A stretch of 64,000 nt of DNA. It comes from a virus. This document shows positions 51,495 to 60,302 of the stretch, piece after piece. The position numbers and the translations under genes are program-made. Every line of letters starts with the position of its first letter. Position 1 is the stretch's first letter. The notes under the pieces are model-generated. The model was given only the letters and a program-made list of their open reading frames with translations. It ran no database searches and was not told the origin of the DNA. The stretch lies in the IMG/VR virus record IMGVR_UViG_3300044858_003017. The stretch is one strand, 5' to 3'.

Positions 51495-52811
51495 ATGAAT
51501 TTAGAACGTTTATTAGCCGAAAACATGATTCGGTTTAACACAAAAAATTTGAATGAACATCAAATTAGAAAATTATTAAATGAACAATTGTCAGTTAGTG
51601 GAACCCCAACTTCAGGCCTTCCGGTAATTAACCAGTTTGCAAATGATTCGTCACTTTGGGGCCCAGGGTTTACGGGAGCATATAATACAACTAAAGCGCT
51701 TTTAACTAGAAACAAAGTACCGTTTGCCGTAGGCACCGATTTGGCGGCAGCTTGGATTCAAATAATTACCAATATAAACAATAACCCAGGAACTGGCAAG
51801 GCTAAGTCAATAGAAGATTTTAAAAACTTTATGGAGTTAAATACAACTCCGCCGGCTTTTACATCTAACGAAATTCAATTAAATGAATCTCCAGATGTAA
51901 AAGGAAAAGTATTAACTTCGGGCATTATAACAAAAACAAGCAAAACTGGCGAACAGCCAGGTGAAGCTTCAGATATTAATGATATTGTACAATTTTGTAA
52001 TGATTATAATTTAAATGATATGGTCAAAGGTATTACATCACTTAAGACATTGATAAAGTTTAATGTTATACAGATAGTACCGTATTCAACGAAGAACAAA
52101 TATATTATCAATGCAGCTCAGAACTTTGTGGCTGGAGATACAAGATCAACGCCGGGAGCTGGTAGTTTAATAGTTGAACCTAACGAAATGAACAATCCAT
52201 GCATATATTCGTTAACAAAGTATGAAGCAGCAGCCGCTCAGTCCGTAGGAAAACAAATAACAACAATTACAGTTACTCCAGGACCAGTAGTTCCAATTGA
52301 TGCAACAGATGCATTTGAAGTATTAAAAACACAGTTATCTACTAAAGGAACAGAAGATATTACAACTGCAGTTGCAGGATTATCCAAATTGGGAAAAATA
52401 ACAGGCGTGTCAATCGAATCTGCTGCGTCATTTGATGAGCCGGTTAAATTAGATAATGCTGGATTTGCAAAGCAATTAGGTTTACAACCAAATCAAGTAC
52501 CGGCAGATCCAACTAAAGATGCGGAGGGTGAAGTAAAAGATCCAATGTCAGGAGGAAATGCATTTTTAGCATATCAACGAGGTCAAGCATTAAAAAATTT
52601 AATTACTAATTTGATTCCAGGTGTTACCCCTACCGTAACTGCAAAGGTTGCAAAAGGCGGGGCTGCAGCTCGATATGCAAAAGTTAACATAACAGTACAA
52701 AAACCTGATGGTACAACAGAAATTACTTCGGATGATTTAAATACACAAGGCATTGGAAGTAAAACTACTAGTGGCGAAGGTACATTTAAAATATATCGAT
52801 ACGATTTTTAA
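51495..52811 (+). CDS. Putative capsid-cargo protein with C-terminal OmpA-like domain
   Basis: LLAENMIRFNTKNLNE leader; F...K..L....I...VSIESAAS...NAFLAYQRGQALKNLI...RYAKVNI resembles OmpA_C. Confidence 0.6.
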   Translation: MNLERLLAENMIRFNTKNLNEHQIRKLLNEQLSVSGTPTSGLPVINQFANDSSLWGPGFTGAYNTTKALLTRNKVPFAVGTDLAAAWIQIITNINNNPGTGKAKSIEDFKNFMELNTTPPAFTSNEIQLNESPDVKGKVLTSGIITKTSKTGEQPGEASDINDIVQFCNDYNLNDMVKGITSLKTLIKFNVIQIVPYSTKNKYIINAAQNFVAGDTRSTPGAGSLIVEPNEMNNPCIYSLTKYEAAAAQSVGKQITTITVTPGPVVPIDATDAFEVLKTQLSTKGTEDITTAVAGLSKLGKITGVSIESAASFDEPVKLDNAGFAKQLGLQPNQVPADPTKDAEGEVKDPMSGGNAFLAYQRGQALKNLITNLIPGVTPTVTAKVAKGGAAARYAKVNITVQKPDGTTEITSDDLNTQGIGSKTTSGEGTFKIYRYDF

Positions 52812-52832
52812 TTGTATAGATTTTAATTAAAT

Positions 52833-52860
52833 AATAGGGTGAAGAAATTCACCCTATTTT
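52833..52860. terminator. Terminator between convergent genes
   Basis: AATAGGGTGAA-GAAA-TTCACCCTATT-TT. Confidence 0.85.
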
Positions 52861-52861
52861 A

Positions 52862-53437
52862 CTATCCTTTATAAGGCCTTTCCAATTGTTTATATGGATC
52901 TTTATAAAATCCTAAATGAAAAATACAATATACGTTTTTATATGTTCCGTAGTCTAAAATATTAATTGAAATGGCACCAAACTTATTTAAAATAATATTT
53001 AAATTAACGCCAGATATTTCTATTCTAGAATTAGTATTCGTTGCAGTTAAAATGGGGGCTTTCATTGTCTTGTGATGCCATTCTGAATGAATCCATTGTT
53101 GTATACACGAATCAATAATCATTTTATATAGATCTTGAGTAACATCTTGACGAATTCCACATACTCCCACAATTAATTCAGTCCCAGGCATATAATTAAT
53201 TCTATGACCCCATAGTCCGTTATCAGCTAAATAATCATTTTGCGTTTTGGCAGTTACATAATAATTTTCTTCCCAAACATATGAAGCTTCGCCTAAACTA
53301 TTTCTATATGCATTTACTGAATCAAATATTTGTTTAGCTAATTGTTTATCTGCATAATACGATTGGCATTTACCAACTTTAATTTGTGCATTTACGAAAA
53401 ATGCTACTAAGACAAATAACAATGCCAACTTTTTCAT
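52862..53437 (-). CDS. Secreted CAP/SCP-domain-like protein
   Basis: Signal peptide ...FFVNA/Q; IFDSVNAYRNSLG, QWIHSEWH. Confidence 0.7.
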   Translation of the reverse strand: MKKLALLFVLVAFFVNAQIKVGKCQSYYADKQLAKQIFDSVNAYRNSLGEASYVWEENYYVTAKTQNDYLADNGLWGHRINYMPGTELIVGVCGIRQDVTQDLYKMIIDSCIQQWIHSEWHHKTMKAPILTATNTNSRIEISGVNLNIILNKFGAISINILDYGTYKNVYCIFHLGFYKDPYKQLERPYKG

Positions 53438-53470
53438 AACTTAAATCTTTAACTGGTTAATTATATTACA

Positions 53471-53499
53471 ATAATATGAAATATATATTTAATATCCAA
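53471..53499 (-). promoter_or_regulatory. TTGGAT-N17-TATTAT promoter
   Basis: Exact 17-nt spacer upstream of CAP-like gene. Confidence 0.65.
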
Positions 53500-53506
53500 C
53501 CTGTTA

Positions 53507-54067
53507 TCAATCTTTTTTTATGAATCCATTCAAGAAATCTCGCTGACGTTGGATTGCATCTTCGAGTTTAGAATCTCCTCGTTTTTTTCTAGCTCCTGTA
53601 TTATTTCCATTAGCGCTAGATTTAACAGCATCTTTTCTCGTATTGTTAGATCGGGTTGATTTGATTGCTTTAGAATTTGATGTAGATATGCGTTTGCTAC
53701 TGTCAGACTTGCTTCTGCTTTCATCTTCTGTCCTTCGGGTGTCTGTAAAAAGCTCTGTATATGTGCTTGAATGTCCGGTTTGGATGCGTGTCCTGATTTC
53801 ATCTTGTCCAATAGATCTTGTTTCATCGACATCGATGCATCCTGTTGTATACGCAGTTTTATGCCCTTTGATTGAAATGCCGCACGGATACCTTGTATCA
53901 TTCGATTCAACCATGTATTGAACGCCCCAACCCGTTTCTTTAGTGTGTTTAACATAACCATATTTTTTTGCACCTAACCAAGTAAAGAATACTGCATCGC
54001 CCGTTTTAAATTGTGATTTGCTAAACTGTTTGATGATAGCATCTGGTGCTGTTTGTTTTTTTGCCAT
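53507..54067 (-). CDS. Hypothetical protein (SH3/KOW-like N-terminus, basic disordered C-terminus)
   Basis: FKTGDAVFF..LG.KKYG.V...Y.V. Confidence 0.6.
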   Translation of the reverse strand: MAKKQTAPDAIIKQFSKSQFKTGDAVFFTWLGAKKYGYVKHTKETGWGVQYMVESNDTRYPCGISIKGHKTAYTTGCIDVDETRSIGQDEIRTRIQTGHSSTYTELFTDTRRTEDESRSKSDSSKRISTSNSKAIKSTRSNNTRKDAVKSSANGNNTGARKKRGDSKLEDAIQRQRDFLNGFIKKD

Positions 54068-54073
54068 TTAATT

Positions 54074-54538
54074 TTAATTAAGACACATTGAACTTGTGTA
54101 ATTGATAATGCGGAATACCCGAATATAACGAGTTGTTTTGTCTTTTCGAAACATTTTTTCCGTTGCCAAGTCTCGTTGTAACATGTATCCAGATTCAATA
54201 AATTTGTCTTTTACGTGTCGCAATGCTTTGAGACTATTTGATTCAATCATGATGTTTTCATCATCAATCATTACATCAACAAAATCAATATTGCTATCTG
54301 CAGGTAATGCCGTTTCTTTTATATCAATTTCTTCGACGTGCATAGGCAATGAATTGTTATATTGTTCCAATTCATCTTTAACGTCTTTAAAGAATGCAGA
54401 CAAATCCATGATACCTGTCTGCTTCGTTGTTGAATCATATGTATCAAACAACCATCTCAATTGTTCTGATACATGCATTGTCTTGATAATTGAATATTCA
54501 GCTTTTGTTACAAATATTTTATTGAAGATTGTTGCCAT
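54074..54538 (-). CDS. Hypothetical protein
   Basis: Likely start MATIFNK after GGAGG. Confidence 0.6.
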   Translation of the reverse strand: MATIFNKIFVTKAEYSIIKTMHVSEQLRWLFDTYDSTTKQTGIMDLSAFFKDVKDELEQYNNSLPMHVEEIDIKETALPADSNIDFVDVMIDDENIMIESNSLKALRHVKDKFIESGYMLQRDLATEKMFRKDKTTRYIRVFRIINYTSSMCLN

Positions 54539-54710
54539 GGTTCCTCCTTTTTTGTTTGATAACAAATAACCGATCAATTTCATCTGCGGGTAACTGTTTT
54601 ATGATTGCAATTTTTTCTCGAGCATCTTCAACTCCTGTAGCCGTTACGCTACCAATGATTTCTTGAGCTGAATCAATCTTAAAAAAATATACCCACGTTG
54701 TGTTACGCAT
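54519..54710 (-). CDS. Small hypothetical protein
   Basis: 63 aa in run of co-oriented genes. Confidence 0.55.
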   Translation of the reverse strand: MRNTTWVYFFKIDSAQEIIGSVTATGVEDAREKIAIIKQLPADEIDRLFVIKQKRRNHGNNLQ

Positions 54711-54722
54711 GATGCAATTTTA

Positions 54723-55115
54723 TTATAAATATAAACCTAATGCATAAGCCCGCATAGCTGTTGTTTCAGCTTCATGCAATGTTTCAATCAATTTTGATAA
54801 TTCATGTTGAGTTAATGAATACTGATTATTTTTAATAGAAACTGAAATTGGATAATCTTTAGGTTGCCGCAGTATTTTAGCCTCATTATATTGTTCTTGC
54901 AGCTGCTTAGGTAAAGATATCAAATCTTTGTAACGCAGTGTAATACGTTGTTTAAATAACTCTAAATGACCCATAGAAGTATTCATTGGATCTTCTTTAA
55001 ATGTGTCATTTATTATTTGTTCATGAAATACAAAGTCCATGTCTGCCCATGCATCTCCATATCGTTGTCTTTGTTTGTCCCCAATTGCCCATGGGTGATT
55101 AATACTGTTGTACAT
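54723..55115 (-). CDS. Hypothetical protein
   Basis: 130 aa in operon. Confidence 0.6.
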   Translation of the reverse strand: MYNSINHPWAIGDKQRQRYGDAWADMDFVFHEQIINDTFKEDPMNTSMGHLELFKQRITLRYKDLISLPKQLQEQYNEAKILRQPKDYPISVSIKNNQYSLTQHELSKLIETLHEAETTAMRAYALGLYL

Positions 55116-55120
55116 ATAAT

Positions 55121-55411
55121 TTATTTTTTTGTGTTATGAATTCTATTTGCAATTCGTTCTAAACTTTGTAATTTTTTATGTTCGGATATCATTGCCTTTA
55201 AGGGATGCGTGCGATTGATGCTTTGTTCTACTTGCACAAATTGCGATATAACGCGCCACGCATCATCTTCAGTTTCGCAACCCGGTATCATGAATATATC
55301 ATGCAAACTCACATCATCGTGCACAATATAGTATGCATCATCATAATCCACTATCGCAACGCATCCAGGATATCGTTTTTGTACTCGTTTTTTCAAACTT
55401 TCTATCGACAT
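55121..55411 (-). CDS. Hypothetical protein
   Basis: ~96 aa in operon. Confidence 0.55.
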   Translation of the reverse strand: MSIESLKKRVQKRYPGCVAIVDYDDAYYIVHDDVSLHDIFMIPGCETEDDAWRVISQFVQVEQSINRTHPLKAMISEHKKLQSLERIANRIHNTKK

Positions 55412-55414
55412 CAA

Positions 55415-55690
55415 TTATGCTTTAGTAATTGGTAATAATTCATCCGCAATTAATTGCTTATACGGTATCGTCGTTTTAATTTGATCGGTATCGCACAACA
55501 TGGTTGTTAATTGCTTGTTAAGATATGTTGAATGTTTTGAATTTGTAGTAATTATACAAGCTGCAGATCGATTTTCTAACAGCACATCATAAACGACTGC
55601 TTTATTAATTAAGTATCGATCTAATACTACTCCTACATGATTTACTTCATCTCGAGTAACAATCACGGTTTGTCCTGGTCGATATGACAT
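55415..55690 (-). CDS. Hypothetical protein (KOW/SH3-like)
   Basis: YRPGQTVIV...VGVV...YDVLLE. Confidence 0.6.
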   Translation of the reverse strand: MSYRPGQTVIVTRDEVNHVGVVLDRYLINKAVVYDVLLENRSAACIITTNSKHSTYLNKQLTTMLCDTDQIKTTIPYKQLIADELLPITKA

Positions 55691-55899
55691 TATTCGATAA
55701 TTTTAATGATTTTACTTGCCGAAACTGATTTAACTTCGAAATCAAATGTATAACCTTTGAAATCTTCAACTACTTTAGCTTCTGCTTCAGTAACTGAAAG
55801 TGCTTCTACAAGATACGTTTCGGTCGTTTTCTTTTCTTTTGGACCTTTCGGTGTATCAACCGTGTCAATTAATTGAACTTTTGCTGTGTAATACGACAT
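55690..55899 (-). CDS. DUF4494-like protein
   Basis: KKTTETYLVEALSVTEAEAKV resembles Bacteroidota DUF4494 (KKVTExYLVDALSFTEAEAR). Confidence 0.75.
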   Translation of the reverse strand: MSYYTAKVQLIDTVDTPKGPKEKKTTETYLVEALSVTEAEAKVVEDFKGYTFDFEVKSVSASKIIKIIE

Positions 55900-55932
55900 T
55901 TTTTATTTTTTAAAAATTTATAACTTATTATT

Positions 55933-55961
55933 AATATAATAAAATAGATTGAAATATCCAA
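55933..55961 (-). promoter_or_regulatory. TTGGAT-N17-TATATT promoter for 55899-53507 operon
   Basis: Exact 17-nt spacer. Confidence 0.65.
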
Positions 55962-55963
55962 AT

Positions 55964-56800
55964 TTATTTTTTATCTAGATATTTTTGTAAACGTTTTTGT
56001 TTTTTATGCATTTCATACGATTTAGCAATTTGTTTATCAGTTAAATCAAAATTAATAGACAAATTATCTAAAATATCAGCAATTAAACGTTGTTTTTCAC
56101 TAGCAGTTTTACGTTTTTTTGATAAAACTGTAATTAATTGTTCTAAATGTTTAACATATTGTTTAGGTAACTGTTTAAGCATCCTAGAATCTTTAACATA
56201 TACATCTGTTGTATGAGATTTTGTTTTAGATTCCATGATATTTTGCTTGTGAATCAATTGTTTTGCAAGTTTTGCAGATTCTGACAATATATCACCATAC
56301 CGTACTACCCAAGCAACTTCCGGTGGCGGTGGCGGAGTTTCTCCACCTGCTGCAGGTGCACCAGATGCATTAGGCCCGCCTTCTACTTTTTCTTTATCTT
56401 TTGCACCTAATCCTTTTACATCATCGAGAGAAAGTTGCAATTCGATAGTATAGTCATCATTGCGACCCCATCCAGTATATGGAACAATTTTAATAATTTT
56501 ATCACGAAGTAATTTTAATAAAATTCCTGGGGTCAGATTAAAATCTTTTCCACTTCTAGCAATAAATTCTCGTACACCAACATCAGATATTGAATATAAA
56601 ATACCTAAATGTTCTGATCCATATGCATCAAATTTTCCTAGAAATTTTTCTTCTGCCGGTGTGAATGGAGAATCTTGTGCAGATGATGCAGCTGCATCTG
56701 TTTCTAATGATGTTTTTTTAGCATCTCCAGCTGGTGGAGCTTGTTCTAACATCATTTGTTTTAATGTATTAAAAATGATATGTTGTTGTTTTGAATTCAT
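55964..56800 (-). CDS. Hypothetical late protein
   Basis: MLE-Q, LSE and IME sites, Pro-rich linker. Confidence 0.6.
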   Translation of the reverse strand: MNSKQQHIIFNTLKQMMLEQAPPAGDAKKTSLETDAAASSAQDSPFTPAEEKFLGKFDAYGSEHLGILYSISDVGVREFIARSGKDFNLTPGILLKLLRDKIIKIVPYTGWGRNDDYTIELQLSLDDVKGLGAKDKEKVEGGPNASGAPAAGGETPPPPPEVAWVVRYGDILSESAKLAKQLIHKQNIMESKTKSHTTDVYVKDSRMLKQLPKQYVKHLEQLITVLSKKRKTASEKQRLIADILDNLSINFDLTDKQIAKSYEMHKKQKRLQKYLDKK

Positions 56801-56985
56801 TCGCCTTTAGATTCTGCTAATTGAGTTGAACGATATTTACTTGCTAATTTTTTAATTTCGTTGATTGATTTTCTAGCTCTTACGCCAGCAGCTTTAACGC
56901 CTTTGTCTGCAAACCGTTCATGATTTTCTTTGAATGCCAACCAATGTTGTTCAATTTGATCAAATATTTCTTGTGATGTTGTCAT
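56797..56985 (-). CDS. Histone H1-like (Hc1-type) small basic protein
   Basis: KGVKAAGVRARKSINEIKKLASKYR resembles the GNKAAGxRARK motif; late motif 57003-57011. Confidence 0.75.
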   Translation of the reverse strand: MTTSQEIFDQIEQHWLAFKENHERFADKGVKAAGVRARKSINEIKKLASKYRSTQLAESKGE

Positions 56986-57015
56986 GTTAACCTTTTATTT
57001 ATTATAAATATCAAT

Positions 57016-57225
57016 TCAAACAAAACGATCCATAAATGTATGTATGTTTTCATTTTGTATTTTTAATTTTCCATAATCAGATAGTTCAATAATCACATCT
57101 TCGTTTTCTTGCCATACCTGCATTATATGATTGCGATTAACGAATCGTAATTCTGGCTGTGCTTTTTCATGTTTTCCTTGTAATTCAATTACATGTAGAG
57201 CTAAGAATTCCGTTCGTTTTTCCAT
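57016..57225 (-). CDS. Small hypothetical protein
   Basis: 69 aa in operon. Confidence 0.55.
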   Translation of the reverse strand: MEKRTEFLALHVIELQGKHEKAQPELRFVNRNHIMQVWQENEDVIIELSDYGKLKIQNENIHTFMDRFV

Positions 57226-57801
57226 CTAGTCACCTGTCCAACCAAAATTAAATGGATCTTTACTTGGTTTAGTTTCTCCGCTGCCCATTCCTCCGGTATA
57301 TGCGGTAATAGGAACAGCCATTCGTTGTGTTTCAATATTCAAATCCATCATCTTAGCAGAATTATCTCGAGCGTATTGCATTAATGCCATTTTCATGGAT
57401 TCGGCATCTGTAGATGTTGAACCAATTTTCTTTGCAATAAAGTCTTGTAGTTGTTTGGTATTTTTAAATCGATCTTTATCAAATATAATTTCTAAAATAC
57501 CACGAGCATATGTCATTGCACTTTTATCTACGTCTTTAGCATAATCTGCAGTATATCTAGAAATATCAATTCGATTTGTAATAGCATCAGGAATTTGTAA
57601 CCAATCTGTTTCTGCATATTCGTCAGCAAAATCCGGACCCATTTCATCATCGATGCTAGATAATAATTCTTCGCGTTGTGTTACAGTTAATCGTTTCCAA
57701 ATATCAGCTTCATTGTATTCTCGAAGAATACGACGAGCGCGCGTTATTTCTTCTTTAAGAATACGCATATGGTTTGGGTTTAAATAATCAAAAATTTTCA
57801 T
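57226..57801 (-). CDS. Hypothetical protein
   Basis: 191 aa; ILRE/YNE sites. Confidence 0.6.
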   Translation of the reverse strand: MKIFDYLNPNHMRILKEEITRARRILREYNEADIWKRLTVTQREELLSSIDDEMGPDFADEYAETDWLQIPDAITNRIDISRYTADYAKDVDKSAMTYARGILEIIFDKDRFKNTKQLQDFIAKKIGSTSTDAESMKMALMQYARDNSAKMMDLNIETQRMAVPITAYTGGMGSGETKPSKDPFNFGWTGD

Positions 57802-58172
57802 GATAGATTTTCCAATTTATATATTGTTGTGTAAATTAAATCTTTAAATGTATCCAATTGATTGATAATGTTTGTATCTTCTTTTGGAATTTTTGCATAT
57901 GCTCGTTCTACAAACGTTGATATGGCTTTAAAATATTTAATAGCAGAATCTGTAGTATATTCATCAAATCGTTCAGCTGGCTCATACCCTTTAACGATTC
58001 CATATTTTCCTTGATATGCTTCAACTAATGCATCAACCATATCAGGAATTGCATCATAATATGCATTTAATGCTATATGTGCAGCATATGACCCAACACC
58101 AGTTGTTTGCCAATGAAATATGTGTGCTTGATCTCGAGATGCCATTAATGTAGAAATTAATTTTTCAAACAT
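57798..58172 (-). CDS. Ferritin/Dps-like protein (DUF5856-like)
   Basis: QAHIFHWQT..SYAAH.AL..YYD....D.LVEAYQGKYG; YKL..L. Confidence 0.8.
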   Translation of the reverse strand: MFEKLISTLMASRDQAHIFHWQTTGVGSYAAHIALNAYYDAIPDMVDALVEAYQGKYGIVKGYEPAERFDEYTTDSAIKYFKAISTFVERAYAKIPKEDTNIINQLDTFKDLIYTTIYKLENLS

Positions 58173-58191
58173 TTTTTCCTTTTTTATATAA

Positions 58192-60036
58192 TTATATTTT
58201 TTTTACTCCAACATGTATATGATTTTCATGATCACCCTCAGGTGTACGCCAACCAAATTGATAACGATATCCATTTTTATTAATATTTATCCATTTTCCT
58301 GGTTTATATTCTGGATGTCCCATCCAATCCATCAAATGTGCAAATAATTCGTCACCTCGTTTATAATTTTCTTCATTTGGCGTACCAGTAGCTAAATCGA
58401 CTGCATATGCATCGTTATTACCTTCCCAATGATCTGATGTATTTCCTGAATTTGTTTTTACTTTGCTTCGTTTTTGTGAAGATATGATATTTTTGCCCAT
58501 AAATTCTTTTGCAACTTTGGCAACTTCTAAAGCTCGTCCCATCGAACCGCCCCAATCCCCATCAGTTCCACCGGTAACAACTTTTCCAGAATCAACATCG
58601 CCAATTGGAAATCCATATGTTTGTGCAGCATACGCTCCGCCAGATGCTATAGCACCCATAACGCCAGGAATAACGCTTTTTACAGACTTTACAGCTTTGC
58701 CCCATAATGACGTATTTTCTGTATCATCGCTAGATTTTTCACCTTCGATATTATTAGGATCATATGAATTAGCATATTGTTCAGCGTAATCCATTCTTTT
58801 TTTACTTATGACTGCAGGACGTTCAAATTTTCTAGCAAATTGTTCTGCTGCATCTCTCGGATCCGTTGTAGATTTTAAAAATGATACTAATGTTTTAAAT
58901 CTAGAAGTTAATTCATCCCATAAATATTCCAATTGCATATCAATATCATTCACAGGTTTACCAACAGATTTTGCATGAGCAAATAATGCAGTTTTGTTAG
59001 TTGCATGCCATTGCACTAAACCATATGAAGTTCCTTTATCTCCCTCTGCACCTGGATTAAAATTTGATTCAACGCGCATATTGCCAACAATTCCAGCTGC
59101 ACCCGCTACGGTTAATCCATTATCAATAAAAAATTTCATGATATTTTGCCACTTACCTGGTTCTGCCTTCGGAAGATCAGATTCATCATCTGATGTTGAT
59201 ATTGTTGATTTCTTTTGTTTAATAATATTCAATGCAGACAATGTTTTTGACGTAATTGTACCTGTAGCTATTAAATTAAATTTTTTCTGAAAACGCTTTA
59301 ATGATTGTTTTGTAGTACTACCTATAGTACCCGATTCAATTTCTTCTGGATTAATATGATATCCCAAATCCTCCAATTGTTTTTGTACATTTACAATTGA
59401 TGAATTTGTTTTATTTTTTGTATCATCATCTGTATCTAAAAGTTTTTCTATGTCTTGACGTTTAACATCAAATTCTTTTAATATGTATTGGAGTAAAATT
59501 TTTGCAGCTTTTGAATGACCTTGTGAACTTAAATTAATTCCATTTTTCGCAAAATATATATCTGAGTTCATAATGCGGTCAATATCAAGTACAAAATCAG
59601 CGTTCGACTGCCGAATCCAATCATTGATATCATCATACATTGATTGTCTAGTTTCTAACTTATCATCTTTCAACTTAGTAAATTCAAGAGTAGGTAGTGT
59701 ATTTAATACAATAGGTACATTTACTTGATTGGCTCGTTGAATTGCAATTTCTAAATTTTCAATTGTTATGTATGAAGATACTTCTTCATGTCCATTACAA
59801 TATAAAACTACTAAATTAAATGTATCATTAACATTGGATTCTAATGAATCTAATAATTGTTCTGAATTTGCATTTGTTTCAAACACCTCATCTTCAGCAA
59901 CAATAATTCCAGACTTAGCTAATTTTTTATTAAAAGCCCACGGCTCAGAAAGATCTTCATCTCCAACAAATAAAACATTGATTGTTTTATCGGTAGGCGA
60001 ATCATTATCTTCTAACAACAATTTTAAACGAATCAT
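58192..60036 (-). CDS. Multidomain cell-wall hydrolase: degenerate SGNH-like, PG-binding, phage tail lysozyme, M15-like peptidase
   Basis: VQKQLEDLGY..G.IG..T..SLKRFQ; AAGIVGNMRVESNFNP..GD.GTSYGLVQW; SDH..G..AVD...HENHIHVG; start MIRLKLLLE. Confidence 0.75.
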   Translation of the reverse strand: MIRLKLLLEDNDSPTDKTINVLFVGDEDLSEPWAFNKKLAKSGIIVAEDEVFETNANSEQLLDSLESNVNDTFNLVVLYCNGHEEVSSYITIENLEIAIQRANQVNVPIVLNTLPTLEFTKLKDDKLETRQSMYDDINDWIRQSNADFVLDIDRIMNSDIYFAKNGINLSSQGHSKAAKILLQYILKEFDVKRQDIEKLLDTDDDTKNKTNSSIVNVQKQLEDLGYHINPEEIESGTIGSTTKQSLKRFQKKFNLIATGTITSKTLSALNIIKQKKSTISTSDDESDLPKAEPGKWQNIMKFFIDNGLTVAGAAGIVGNMRVESNFNPGAEGDKGTSYGLVQWHATNKTALFAHAKSVGKPVNDIDMQLEYLWDELTSRFKTLVSFLKSTTDPRDAAEQFARKFERPAVISKKRMDYAEQYANSYDPNNIEGEKSSDDTENTSLWGKAVKSVKSVIPGVMGAIASGGAYAAQTYGFPIGDVDSGKVVTGGTDGDWGGSMGRALEVAKVAKEFMGKNIISSQKRSKVKTNSGNTSDHWEGNNDAYAVDLATGTPNEENYKRGDELFAHLMDWMGHPEYKPGKWININKNGYRYQFGWRTPEGDHENHIHVGVKKI

Positions 60037-60179
60037 TTTCCTTGTCCACAATACGATTTAACGTAATTTTTACTTGTTTTACTAGTACTATTTTTGCTTT
60101 TTGCATGAACACCAGGACGTTTAACACGAGGTTTACGTACATGCATGCTCGTAGCACTAATCTTTGCTTTTGCTGCCAT
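60033..60179 (-). CDS. Small basic protein, 48 aa
   Basis: Not in ORF track; MAAKAKISATSMHVRKPRVKRPGVHAKSKNSTSKTSKNYVKSYCGQGK*; AGGAG RBS; ATGA overlap with next gene. Confidence 0.75.
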   Translation of the reverse strand: MAAKAKISATSMHVRKPRVKRPGVHAKSKNSTSKTSKNYVKSYCGQGK

Positions 60180-60270
60180 TGTATACTCCTATTATCATTT
60201 CATAAACCGAATATAACCCAGCAACAACTATTGCAATGCTACCTTGTATAAATGCAAATAACCTATTCAT
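60157..60270 (-). CDS. Possible 37-aa single-TM peptide
   Basis: Not in ORF track; MNRLFAFIQGSIAIVVAGLYSVYEMIIGVYNGSKSKD*, ATG directly after late motif. Confidence 0.4.
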   Translation of the reverse strand: MNRLFAFIQGSIAIVVAGLYSVYEMIIGVYNGSKSKD

Positions 60271-60302
60271 ATTAATAAATATTGCTAATACGTTTTTACA
60301 GT

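Noticed and set aside
53530-54198. Alternative-frame minus ORFs 53530..53973 and 53974..54198
   Set aside because: Overlap better-supported genes in another frame, no start signals
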